Notes under the pieces: model-generated | What the model saw: the letters and a program-made list of their open reading frames with translations, nothing else | The model's database searches: none | Told to the model about the DNA's origin: nothing | Assembly (NCBI GenBank): GCA_028534125.1 | Contig: CM052818.1 | Span: forward strand, 37,760,001 to 37,824,000 | Direction of reading: 5' to 3' | DNA: 64,000 nucleotides | DNA from: Lama glama | Lineage: Eukaryota | Shown here: in pieces, positions 27,535 to 40,307 of the stretch | Numbering within the stretch: position 1 is the stretch's first letter | Layout of the letters: each line of letters begins with the position of its first letter | Program-made: the position numbers and the translations under genes

Positions 27535-27660
27535 TTATATGTTCAACAAATATTTATTGAGCTCTTAGCATCTGCCAGGGACCGTTCCAGCACCTGAAGA
27601 TTGAGTAGAGTGGAAAACATTGCTTTTGCCCTCTTTGTCCTTAAAATCCAGAAGATGAGA
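27535..27660 (-). mobile_element. L2 3' end
   Basis: ttcaacaaatatttattgagctcttagcatctgccaggg. Confidence 0.75.
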
Positions 27661-28189
27661 AATAAGCAATAGATAGATAATTGAGTTTGAAATAACATGA
27701 AAATAATGTTCTTTTAAAAATGAAATATATCAGAAATTAGCTTTCTTTGTACAGTTTTTGTGTCTGTATGTTCTGAATGCATATCTAAAGAATGAATCAA
27801 AATCTGTTTTTCTCAGTAGCAAAGTAATGGAAATAATTTTTTAGCTTCCCAAGAGGACCTCAAAGGAGTGATAATCTTGTTAAGCTCCCTAAAGACAATG
27901 ACCACAAACATCTGGTTCATCGAGTATTCTCAGAACACAACCAATGATTTTAGTATATAAAAGAAAAAAACACAGTTTTGTGATTTTAAAAGACATATTG
28001 TTGCATATTTACATAAGAACCTGTGCAGATTAGTATTTTAATGCTCCCTGGCATTCTTATTACAATTCCCTTGCCCATGCACTCTCCTGCTTTTCTGGGG
28101 GATAATAGCATGTCATTTTCTCTCTCCTAAAAAAAATAAAAACTTATATGTCTTCCTTTTCTCCATGTAGAGGTAATGTCTGTCTTTCC

Positions 28190-29320
28190 TATTTTACTGA
28201 GACAATAAAAGTAATTAGAAAAGACACTTCAGGAGCATGTATTAATATATCTGACTACCTATCTATAGCAGTGTTCCAATGATCCATCTTCTCTGGTTTT
28301 GTAATAAATGAATTAATTGTGCTCCTAATAGAAGTTTGTCAGCTTGCACAAGAGATCTCATGACTTTTGTCCATTTCAGGATATTGCTTCCATATCTGCT
28401 CTCTTTCATGCTATTAATGCTTCTCTCTCTCCTGTCACTCTCTCATCAGCATACACACATCCTATCCTCTCTCCTCTACTTCCCTCTCTTGATACTTCCT
28501 TTTCTGTCCTTTCCCTTAGAGCAAAACTCTTCAAGAATGTTCCCTATATTCTACCAGGGGTTTCTCCCCCTCTCTATTTGAACCCACTTCAATCGGGACT
28601 TTTCACTTCCGCCAGGCTTCTGAAAATTGTGTTTTCAAGGTCAGCGATGGTCTCTACATTTCTAAATCAAATCAATCTTGCCTATCAAGAATTTAACAGT
28701 TGATTGCTGTCTCCTCCGAAAACTATTGTTTCTCCGATTGATTTCCAGGCTACCACTGTCTCGTGCTGATGCTTCCATCTCACTACCAATCCTCCATCTC
28801 CTTGGCTGGTTCTTCCTCGCCGCCACAAACATTTAAACGTCAATGGTTCTTTTCCTGGCTTTCCTCTTACTCTGTATTCATTGCCTTGGGAATCACTTTT
28901 AGTTAAGTAATTATAATACTTTCTCTTCACCGATGACTCCCATGTATAGTTTCCTAGCCTCTCTCTTATCCCCCAAATCCAGATTTGTATATGCAACACC
29001 TACTTGACATTGCCCTTGGATTCATAACTGGCATTTCTGATTAACCTGGCAAGAAACCAAGTTATTGAACCATCCCCTCCACCATGAAAAATAAAGGCTC
29101 TTCTACAGTCTTTCCTACACTGATAGATGACAGCCTCATTCACCCATTTGTTCAGACCACACCTTGAAATTATTCTTCACTCCATCCTTTTCTTCCTGAG
29201 CAGATACACTCTAACTGCAAATCTATTCTCTCTCCTCAAAATATATCTATAATTTACTACTTTCACCACCTCAACTGCACACCCTGTGCAAGCTACTGTC
29301 ATCTTTCACTTGATGATGCC
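28190..29320 (+). mobile_element. L2 ORF2 (RT) fragment
   Basis: LNPLQSG motif in ORF 28344-28703 plus the typical pyrimidine-rich L2 sense sequence. Confidence 0.8.
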
Positions 29321-29349
29321 AGATTGTTTGCTGACATGGTACATTTCCA

Positions 29350-29950
29350 CTTGCACGGTGTTCTATGTTCTCACCATGTGTGGGATTGTCAGTCTTTTGT
29401 GGTAGACATGCAGTGACATTTTATTTTTATTGAACTAGCAGTTGCCTGATTACTAATGAGTCATCACAGGTTGCCATATTAACCATTTGGGTATCTTCTT
29501 TTGTGGATTTCCTGTTTAAAATGCTTACGTACATTTTAAGAGTGTACTGTTTTTTATTGATTCGAAAACATTTTTTGTATCTCTTGGATATAAATCCTTT
29601 GTCGATTACATGAGTGAGTTGCAAGTATCTTCTACTCAGTGAGTTTTCCTTTGGATTATAGCTTTGAATAGAGGTACCTTTTTACTATTGGTAGTTGAAT
29701 TTTATCAATCTTTCCTTTAAGGTTCATGGCATTCAGTTTCTTTTGTTTTATTTCCCTAACCCAAGGTCATGAAGATACTCTCCTCTATGATCTGAAAGCT
29801 GTGACTTTCACATATAGCTATACAATCTCCCAGAATCTGACTTCTTGTGTATTGTGACAAAGGGGCCAAACAACTTTTTTTTTATGGATATCCAGTCTCC
29901 CTTTGAAAAATGGTTTTCCCCCATTGATCTGCAGAATCACCTGTAAAACA
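29350..29950 (-). mobile_element. Old L1 (L1ME-like) ORF2 3' fragment
   Basis: cctgattactaatgag, ggatataaatcctttgtc, atggatatccagt. Confidence 0.7.
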
Positions 29951-30129
29951 AATTAATAAACGAAGCAGGTGATGTTCCCCTTGGGTTCTCTCTCTTCCAT
30001 CCTATTAAAGAAGAATGAAAGGTCTTCTAAAGCAGATTTTTTTAAAAAAACGAAGTTGTAAATAAAAATATAGATGAATTTACTTGGTATTATTAAAGTA
30101 GATATTTTTAAAGTCATGGCCTAATATAA

Positions 30130-31030
30130 ATATTAAAATGAATTCAACAGATAAAAAGCAAGCTGCGAAAAATACATTTGCCATATTTAAGACATAGAGC
30201 ACTTCCATGAGTCAAAATAAAAATGATGAACCAAAAATTGACAAAAGAGGGAGAGGAAAATAGGGATTGAGGGTTCACCAAAAAATCAATGAAAATGGTG
30301 CATGAACATATAAATACCTTTATTTTTCTCATAATTAAAAATAAAATTTAAAACAACAATGAAATGCAATTTTCATTCTATCAGTTGCAAAGTTCATTTG
30401 TACGTTAGAATATTCCATTACTGAGGGTGACTGAACACTGGCTCCTCCATATTCTTTTGGTGGGGCTAGAAGTATGTGATGCCTTTTAAAAGGCACGTCT
30501 GTACTGGCCTAGGTATTCCATCCCTGCATGTACTCAGCAACTAATTCCATCCTCACAATACTCTATGAAGCCAGCATTATTATTATCCCGTTTTACTTAT
30601 GAGGAAACTAAAGCAAATAAGGGTAAAGTGAGTTCCAAAATCAAAGCTAGTGAAGAAAAAAAAAAAAGAAAGAGCTCACATTTGATCCTAAATAGTCTGG
30701 CTCTTAACCAAATTTTATTGCCTTTCCATGAATGTGCAAGGTTGTTCATTGCAGTGGCTTTATTACAACAGTACTGGTATAACATTAATATCACACAATA
30801 TAGGAATTAAAAAAAATAACTTCATGCATTGGAATATAAAGCAGTCATTAAGAAAAAAATGATGTAAGTCTTGTAAATCTATGGGTACTGACTAAAGGAT
30901 ATGTAAAGACTTGGTGACAGTGGCTAACACTGCGGGATACCCTGGAAATCTGGAGTCGAAGGCCGATTTATTTGTCATTACACTACATCTTGCATGTTTT
31001 AAAGTTTTTACCATAAGCATTTGATACTAT
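30130..31030 (+). mobile_element. Old L1ME-like 3' fragments interrupted by a MIR
   Basis: aaaacaacaatgaaatgcaatttt and gcaaggttgttcattgcagtggc. Confidence 0.5.
30548..30712 (-). mobile_element. MIR SINE
   Basis: atcctcacaatactctatgaag...attatcccgttttacttatgaggaaactaaagc. Confidence 0.8.
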
Positions 31031-33489
31031 TGTATTTTTTTAACAAGAAATAAGCAGCATGGTAATTCAAAACCTGTCTTAGTAGTGAGAAAATGTCATG
31101 AAAACAGGCGATCAACTATGTGTGGTCCACCCTAAGGGCTGCACCAGACACACATGCTTTGTAAAGAAAGCTTTTCATTCATCTTTGCCTGCCGTCAGTG
31201 TGCGATCCTAGGAACTGTGCCCAGAGCAGATCTGGTATCAGAAGCAGGCTCTGGTGTAGTCCTTCTCTTACTTATGAGAGAAAAATATAAATGTAATCAC
31301 ATCCACGACGTTTGGGAGGCAATTTGTGGAGGTGGCCCGAAGCTGTGGGGCTTCCTGCTGGCTCTATCAAGCCTTCCAAGAACCCTAATCGTTCATTCCT
31401 CAGAAGAAATGTCAAGCTGCTCATGCTGTCAACAGAGCAGATGCTCTGCTGACGTCTTTGGGGAGCAGTGTCAAGTGACTGGGAAATGGATGCCAAGATG
31501 ACAGGAAACTCTTGCCCTCCTCACTGAATTTCACGTTCCCCATGCCCTGGTGTTTGGTCATGCACCACAGACCTCGGTGTTAGCAGCAGCCCTGGCCGGG
31601 GGAGACTCAGCCATGTGCTAACCGGGACACCAAAGACCGAGCTTCCTCCCTGTCTCCTTCATAGGATGCTCTCCAGAATCACGAAAGACAACGTGTCTAT
31701 TTAATTTACTTGACTTTATGAAAGTTTCCCTTCTTATGTGACAACGTTTACTTGGGAGGTATCCTCTTTTTTTCAATATATGCCTTAAAAATGTTCTCTT
31801 TGTATCTGTGTCTTCTAGTTTTTTTCAGCGTCTTCTAGTTTTATATATATATGTAGGTTTTTTTTTTTTGTAGAAAGCTTTTACTGAGACACAGAGTAAG
31901 CAATCAAAATGTGGAAATTTTATTTTTTTCCCTGTGCCTTCTTGTGCATTACTTTGTTTGAAATTAACACACACACACGTCTTTTCAGCTCCATTTTACA
32001 AAGCAGGAAAGTGAGATCCACGAGTAACCTGTCTGAAGTAACTAATTGGAGGTGGAGGTGGGTTGAGAGCTCTAGCTGGCCATGATTTCTCATGTATCAA
32101 GAGTACTGCTAGGTCCTCTGTGATTGGTGTCTTTGCCTTCATTAAAAGTAGAGCTGAGGTTTCAAAATTCTACAACCAAAATCATTAATGTAGTGATATC
32201 TGACTATAGAAAATTTGAAGGACACTGGACAACAGAAAGATAATGGTGCGAAAGGAGAAAGACGGATAAAGGTAAAAGAAAGGAAAAAAAATCGACGTTT
32301 GTTAAATATTCTTATAGTTTTGGATTTTGGATTACATTTTTATTTTCATTTCCACATTAGTATGTGCATAATTTTATGAGTTCTCTCTCACTCTGTTCTG
32401 TTGTGGCCTGAAGCATATATAATTTTGACAAACACTGTTTAGGGAAAATAATATAAAATTAGTCAATATTTATTCATAATGAGAAAAGAAATTGCAATAA
32501 GTACCATAACCATTAAAAAAAATCCAGGAAAACAGTATAATGTTTTATTTATAAAATTTATAAGATAATTCTTTATTTTTCCTGCTTTTTTGTTTTGGCT
32601 GCATTTTCTTTAATTGTTCCTTTACTTGAAAATGATTTTGTAATTATAACTTCTGATATGAGAGCACAAAGTCAATTCAATCTTTCCTCTAATGATATAA
32701 ATTAGTTTCCTTTAATAATTGATAGTTTAGGAAAAATTATTTTTGTTTCATAATGTGTTACTGGATATGTTATTTACATTTTTGAGACAAATTTGGGAAA
32801 ACTAAATTTTCTTTATAGCTATTCTGTAAGATTCAGAATATTATTGAATATATAAATAATAAACAATTAAAAATAAACAAATAAAACAAAATAATGATAC
32901 ATTATTAGTTTTATTTGTTTAATAAAATTTTAAGAAAGGAAAAATATATTTTATATATGTATATAATATATTTTTAAGTATAGAAAGTTGCTTTTGGCCG
33001 GGAGTCACTGAGAACTATGTTCTATTTTTAATTATTTCACATGTCGAATGATTTGAAGACTTTAAACAGAATAGTTTCTGGCACTATTTAATTTCAATAT
33101 TATCTTTTCTTCATTACCCTGATGTTTCTAGGTCCAGAAACCACAGATCACATTGACAATTTGACATAATCTCTGGCCATGCACTTACATTTACAGTGTC
33201 AGGAGTCACCCCAGTGGTCATTTGCTGGTGGTCTTTTCTACATCAGACCCACTGATAATAATTTGATTGAAGATGAAAAGAATCACACAATCATGTTCAA
33301 ATCAATAAATTGTCTTTTTAATGAGTAAGGTTAAATCAAAAATACTTTGTTATAGCAATTTTATGGTTCATTTAATATTTGCCAGTGTGAATTCAGTATA
33401 TTTTTCTAATATATTTTCTAAATTACTATTGTTGATCACTCTATATTTTGGAATATTCTGTGACATAATGAGGTAACAAATATGGCATC

Positions 33490-33995
33490 TCAATAAAGAA
33501 ATGGAAGCTACACAATAGAATTAAATTAAAATTTTACAACTGAAAAATGCAAACACTTAAGTAAAAAAAAAAAAAGATTGGTTAGATTTAACAGCAGATT
33601 GGACACTAGGGAAAAACTCAGTTTATTTAAAGAAAGGAATAAAAACTATCACAAAGACCAAAAAACTAGTGAAAAAAATAGTCCCTCAGTGACCTACAGG
33701 ACATTACAAAGAGGTTTAACATATATGCGAAATAGTAAAACAATAAATGGAAAAAATTGGACAGAAAACATATTTGATAAAGTACTAGTTGAACACTTTC
33801 CAAATTAGATGAGGGATAAACACAAAGACCTAAGTAACTCAAAGAACTCCAAGAAGGATAAGTAGAATAAACAAAACAAAACACACATGCCGAAACACCT
33901 CCAAATCAAATTGTTGAAAACCGATAATGAGGAAATACTTCTAAAGGTAACCCAAGAAATAAGACACATTTCTTATCAGAAAAAAATTAAAACTG
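33490..33995 (+). mobile_element. Old L1 ORF1 fragment
   Basis: tttaacagcagattggacac, gaacactttccaaatt, aaatcaaattgttgaaaacc. Confidence 0.7.
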
Positions 33996-34088
33996 GAAGA
34001 AAAAAAGAATAGAATTGATACCAATATAAGTTTCTTGAGTGTGATGAGAGGTCATTAGAATGTCTGAGCAAAGAAATGATAGAAACTA

Positions 34089-37004
34089 CAGTTGAACCTT
34101 GAACAACCAGAGTTTGAAATGCATGGTCCCATTAATACGTGGATTTTTTTCCTTCCAGATTTATAGTTGACAGAGCTATAATTGACATACAGCAATATAT
34201 AAGTTGAAGATGTACAACATAATTATTTAACTTATATACATCATGAAATGATGACCACAATAAGTTTATGAGCATCCATTATCTTATATAAATACAAAAT
34301 AAAAGAATAAAAGAAAAATAAAAAATTTTTTTTCCTTGTGATGAGACCTCTTAGGGTTTATTCTCTTAAATTTTTATATATAACACATAGCACTGTTATT
34401 TATATTAATCGTATTATACATTATATCCATAGTGCTTATTTAGCTTATAACTGGAATCTCATAACTTTTGACCATCTTCATTCAATTTCCACGACTCCCA
34501 CCCCCTGCCTTTCTTAACCACAAATCTGATCTATTTTTCTAAGTCTGTTTGTTTGGTTGAGTTTTTTGTAGTATAATTGACCTACAACCCTATGTTAGTA
34601 CCTAATACACAACATAGACTTGACATTTCTATACTTTACAAAATGAACACCATAATCAGTCTAGTTACCATTAGCCTACATTCAAATATATGACATTATT
34701 ATTAACTATATTCCTATATTCTAGTTCATTTATTTTGTAACTGGGAGTTTGTACCTCTTAATTTCCCCTGCCTATTTCACTCATCCACCCACCCCTCTCC
34801 TCTCTAAGCAATCACCTGTTTGTTTTCTGTATCTATGACTCGGTTTCTGTTGTGTTTGTTCATTTGTTTTATTTTCAGATTCCTCATATAAGTGAAATCA
34901 TGTGGTATTTTTTCTTTCTCTGTCTGACTTATTTCACTGAGCACAATACCTTCTAGGTCTGTTGTCAAAAATGGTAAGATTTCTTTTTTTTGTGGCTGAG
35001 TGATATGCTTTTGTTTGAATGTATGTATGTATATGAACATATATATATACATATACACACACCACATCTTAATCCATCTATCTATTGATGGAAACCTCAG
35101 TTGCTTTCACTGTGAATAATGCTGCAATGAACAAAAGGGCACATCTGTCTTTTTGAATTAGTGTTTTTGTTTCCTTTGGGAAAAATATTCAGAAATGGAA
35201 ATGCTGGATTGTACGGTAGTTTTATTTTTATTTTTTTGAGGAATCCTTAGTGACTGCACCAATTTACATGCCCACCAAAAGGGCACGAGCTATCCCTTTT
35301 CTCCACATTCTCACCAATATGTTTTGTTTGTTGTCTTTTGGATAATAGCCATTCTGACAGATGTGATGTGACAACGCATTGTGGATCTGATTTTCGTGTC
35401 CCTGATGATTAGTGATGTTGAGCATCTTTTCCTGTGTCTATTGAGCATCTATATGTCTTGGAAAAATATCTATTCAGGTCCTGTGTCCATTTTTAATTAG
35501 ATTATTATTTTTCTAAGTTGAGTTGTATGAGTGCTTTGTATGTTTTGGATATTGACCCCTTATCAGATGCATTGTTTGTAGATATCTTCTCCCATTCAAT
35601 AGGAGGCCTTTTCCTTTCATTGCCAGTTTCCTTCATTATGCAAAGCTTTTTAGTTTGATGTAGTCCCATTTGTTTATTTATACTTTTGTTTGTCTGAGGA
35701 GACATATCCAAAAAAAATATTTTGAAGACCAATGTCAAAGAGAGTACTGCCTATGTTTTCTTTAAGGAATTTAATCGTTTCAAGTCTTACATCTAAATCT
35801 GTAATCCATTTTGAGTTTATTTTTCTATATGGTGTGAGAAAGAAGTCCAAGTTGATTATTTTGCATGTAGATGTCCAGTTTTTCCAACACCATTTATTTA
35901 TTTCCCATTGTAAATTCCTGCCTCCTTTGTTGTAGATTAATTGACCATGTAAGTGTGGGTTCATTTCCAGTCTCTCTGTTCTGTTCTGTTGATCGATGTG
36001 TCTGTTTTTGTGCCAGTACCATAGTGTTTTGATTACTGTCACTTTGTAGTACAAACTGAAATCAGGTAGTGTGACAACTCCAGCTGATCTTTTTTTTTTT
36101 TTAAGATTTTTTTGTTTGTTTGTTTCTTCTTTTGATCTCTTTCTTTGTGATTTGATGATTATCTTTAGTGCTATGTTTAAATTCCTGTCTCTTTTTTGGG
36201 TGCAAATGTTAGTATGCTTGATGTTGTCTCTGAAGTCTCTTAAACTGTCCTATTTAAAAAAATTTTTTTCTGTTCATCTTCGTAGTTTCCACTACTCTGT
36301 TTTCCAGTTTGCTAATCTGTCCCTCTGTAAAATAGAATCCTCCTGGGGAGGCTTCTCTAATGTCAGTAAGTGAGTCTGACCCAGGCTTCTCTCAGACTAC
36401 TTCCTTGGCACTGGGTCTCAGAGTGTATGAGATTTTTCAAGTGCCCTTTAAAAATAGAGTCCTATGGCCCTCAGGTTCTCTCACGCTCAAGTCCTGCTGG
36501 CCTTCAAAGCCAGATGTTTTAGGTGCTCATCTTACTGGTGTAAGAGCCATGGGCTTGGGAACCTAGGACCTCTAGCATCTTGGGAAGAATGTCTGCAATT
36601 GTAATTATCCTTCTGTTTGTGGGTCACCTACCTGGAAGTGTGGGTCTTGACTATACAGCACCTCTGCCCCTCCTCCCCATCTCGCCATCCCTTCTTTATA
36701 TCTCTAGTTGTGGAAAATCTTTTATGCTAGTCTTCAGATCATTATTACTGATAGTTTCTCTATAAATAGTTATAACTCTGACATGCCCTTGGGAAGAGAT
36801 GAGTTCAAGTTCTTTCTACTTCACTATCTTGGCCACTCCTCTAGATTTTTTTTCAGTAGTAAATATTACAGCTCTATTGGTTGAATCTGCAGATGCAGAA
36901 TTGCAGATCCAGAGAAACTGTGGATACACTATAACTTATATGTGGATTTTGGACTGTGCAGAGGATTGGCACCCCTAATCCCCTTGTTGTCCAATGGTTA
37001 ACTC
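34089..37004. mobile_element. MER8/Tigger2-derived MITE in two halves (34089-34150 and 36842-37004)
   Basis: TA|cagttgaaccttgaacaac ... ttgttgtccaatggttaactc|TA: terminal inverted repeats and TA duplication. Confidence 0.8.
34151..36841 (-). mobile_element. Internally deleted L1 with intact 5' end, 3' end and TSD
   Basis: The minus strand starts gaggagtggccaagatagtgaagtagaaag (L1 5'UTR start), then an ORF1 piece, an inter-ORF piece, the ORF2 C-terminus (ORF 35674-36054 [21 protein letters not shown]...KWCW) and 3'UTR; TSD tggattttttt / tagattttttt. Confidence 0.85.
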
Positions 37005-38173
37005 TAATAAATACATTTTAATGTAATACCTTGGCTTCTAGGGTGAAAATAGATTATGGGACAGGACATAAGTAGAAGCAGATACAGATTTTAGGTAGTA
37101 CTTACGTTAAGCTAGAGGTGGGTTGATGGTGGCTTGGACCAGAGAGGGAGCAATTAATGTGACAAGAAGTAGGGAAATTCTAGGTATATTTTAAGATAGA
37201 ACCAACACCACTTCCTAACAGATTGGATATGGGATATAAGAGACATAAAAGCATCAAATATGACTCTAAATGTTTTGTCCTGAGAAATTGAATGATGAGG
37301 TAGCCATGAACTGACTTGGAAAAAACTATGGTTGACCCAGAGGATTATTTTTGGTAGGGAGGAGGGTTTGCAGGGAGTGTGGGGCTGAGAGAAGAGGAAT
37401 CAGGTGTTTAGTTTTGAATATGTTAAGCGTGAGTTTTCTGCTAAACGTGACATATTGTTGATATGCAGTTGTATAAATGAGCTTGGAGTTTAGAAGCAAG
37501 ATCCAGGCAGGGGTGTATATTTGCAGGACATTGGTACATAGATAATATTTAGAACCATGAGAATATTTGGGATCACTGATAAGAGCAAATGGATAGAGCT
37601 AATGAGTAGAAAAAGGACTGAGCCCTGAAGCACTGGTGTGTAAGAAAGTCATGGAGAAGAGGAGGAACCAGCATAAGATACTGAGAAGGAATGGCCTGGG
37701 ATAGAAGAGAGAAAATAAGAGCATGATTCCTCAAAGCCAATTAAAGAAGGCATATCAAGTAGAAGGAAGTAATTAATAGTGCAAATACAGCTGACAGATC
37801 AAGTGAAATGATGACATTGCTTGTCTTGTAATTAGAAGAACTGGTCTTAACTGTGAGCACAAATCACAACAATGTCTTCCTGATATTTGTAGGAGGAAAG
37901 GGCACAGACAGACCTATGAAAAAATTTCATAATCACCATAAAACAAAGAAATATGTTTCTAATATCAGAAAAGATGCCTATTGTCTACTTTTCATATCAA
38001 AGGCTTGTAATTCCTAGAACATTTATCTCGCAGAATTTTTGATTTAGGTACAGGGGAAAAACAGAAGAACAGAATTGAAATTTATTTGCACTTCTGTTTG
38101 AAGGCATGATATATATGTGCCGTTGTACATCATTCCTTCATTGAAATGGAAGTTAATATCATTTCTCCAGTGA

Positions 38174-39690
38174 TTTTTTTTAAATTGAAATATAATTCAA
38201 ATATCATAAAATTCATCATTTTAAAAGCAAACTCTAGAGATTTTAGTGTATTCAAAAGGTTATGTAATCATTGTAACAGATCCCAAAACATTTTTATCAC
38301 CCCTCCAAAGAAACCCTCCAAAGAATGGCTGAACCCATTAGCAAGTACTCTCAACCTTTATTTCCTTTTCCCACTCTCAGCCCCACCAGCCCCTGGGAAC
38401 CATTGATTTCTTTTCCATCTCTATGGATTTGCCTATTATAATTCATATAAATGGAATTATGCAGTATGTGGCCTTTTACCTCTAGCTGTGTTAACAATGT
38501 AATGTTTTCAAGGTTTACCCATGTTGTAGTATGTATCAGTACATAATTCCATTTTAATGGCTAAATAGTATTCCATTTTCTTTCTCCATTCATCACTGGA
38601 TGCACTTTTGAGTTCTTTCTACTTTTTTGCTATTATGAATATTGTAATAAGTATATGTGTAATTTTTGTGTGAACATATATTTTTATTCATCTTGGATGT
38701 GTAATTTAGAAATGCTGGATGATATGGGACTCTATTTAAATTCTAGAGAAAGCGCTGAACTGTTTCCAAAGTGGCTGCATCATTTTACATTTCTATCAGC
38801 CTTGTATGAAGATTCCTATTTCTCTATACCACTAATGCTTGTTACTGTCTGTGTTTTTTATTCTAGCCATACTAATAGTGTGAAGTGGTTTTGATTTGCA
38901 TTTTCTTAATGACTAATGGTGTTCAACAGTTTTTCTCATGCTAATTGGCCTTCTTCTTTGGCAAAATGTTATTTCAAAATCTTTGCCTTAAACAAATTAT
39001 TTGTCTTTTCACTGTTGAATAATGAGTACGTATCTATGTACACATGTATACAAATGTGTATATAGATATATATGTATGTATACTACACATGTACATACTT
39101 ATATTTTTATGTGTGCTAGACTTTATCAGATACATGATATGCAAACACCTTATCTCATTCTGTGGCTTGATCTTCTATTTTCTTGATAGTATCCTTTAAA
39201 ATACAAAAAACTGATCTATACGTCTGTCTATTTGTTATTTGATCTATATGTCTGTCCTTAAGCCAGTACCACACTGTCTTGATTACTGTAGATTTGTAGT
39301 AAGTTTTAGAATCAGGAAGTTTTCAATATTAACTATTCTAGATCCTTTGAATTTCCATATAATTTTTAGGGTCAGCTTGTCAGCTTCTAGAAAAATAAAG
39401 TCCACCTAGAATTTTGATAAGAGTTGCCCTGGATCTGCGATCAAGCCAGGGAGTATTGCCATCCAAACAATCTTGTCTTCTAATCCATGAATGTAAGATG
39501 TCTTTGCATTTACTTAGGTTTTGTATTTCTTTCAACATATTTTATAGATTTCAGTGTATCAGTCTTACACTTCTTTTGTTAAATTTATTTGTAGGTATGC
39601 TAGGTTTTGACATGTTATTATAAATGGATTTGTTTTCTTAGTTTTACTTTGAGTTGCTTGTTGCTACTGTAAAGAAATGCAATTGGCTTT
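38174..39690 (-). mobile_element. L1MB-like 3' portion
   Basis: L1MB-type 3' end and ORF2 C-terminal sequence (gccagtaccacactgtcttgattactgtag). Confidence 0.85.
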
Positions 39691-39858
39691 TACTTGAGTG
39701 TCTTTTACATCGATGATTAATTACCAGAAACTAAGCAAAAATTCCCCTTTCCCCTTAATCTTTAAATAAGAGTTGCATTTAATTAAAGATAGTTCTCTTT
39801 GTTTAACTTCCTTCTGATATGAAAGATATTCTTCCTGAATACTATAGAATATCTGGCT

Positions 39859-40307
39859 TATAAAAAATAATAAAATAATGCCATTTGCAGCAACATGGAT
39901 GGACCTGGAGATCGTGATACTAAATGAAGTAAGCCAGAAAGAGAAAGAAAAATACCACAGGTATCAGTTATATGTGAAATCTGAAAAAAGAAAAGACACA
40001 AATTTACTTATTTACAAAACAGAGGCAGAATCACAGACACAGAAAACGAACTTATGGTTACCAGAGGGGAAAGGCAGGTATAGAGGGATAAATTGGGAGT
40101 TTGGGATTTTAAGGTACTATCTACTACATACAAAATAGATAAACAGGGTTCTACTCTATAGCACTGGGAACTATATTCAATACCTTGTAATGGCCTATAA
40201 ATAAAAAGAATATGAAAAGGAATATATGTATGTATAAATTAGTCACTCTGCTATACACCAGAAATTAACACAACATTGTAAATTGACTATACTTGAGTTT
40301 AAAAAAA
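39859..40307 (+). mobile_element. Camelid/artiodactyl-type L1 3' end with 15-bp TSD
   Basis: MPFAATWMDLEIVILNEVSQKEK ORF2 end; TSD atagaatatctggct (39844-39858) vs ataggatacctggct (40308-40322). Confidence 0.9.

Larger units (their letters stand above)
34030..37820 (-). mobile_element. L2a-like element (pieces 34030-34086 and 37007-37820) split by nested MER8 and L1
   Basis: Collinear L2 sequence on both sides (gaatgtctgagcaaagaaatgat | tacattttaa...gatggtggcttggaccagag...ggactgagccctg). Confidence 0.8.

Noticed and set aside
33189..33251. 63-nt minus-strand exon-like segment (cag...gtaagt)
   Set aside because: Stops in all three frames and a weak acceptor; indistinguishable from chance.
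35674..36054. 126-aa ORF as a host gene
   Set aside because: It is the L1 ORF2 C-terminal region.
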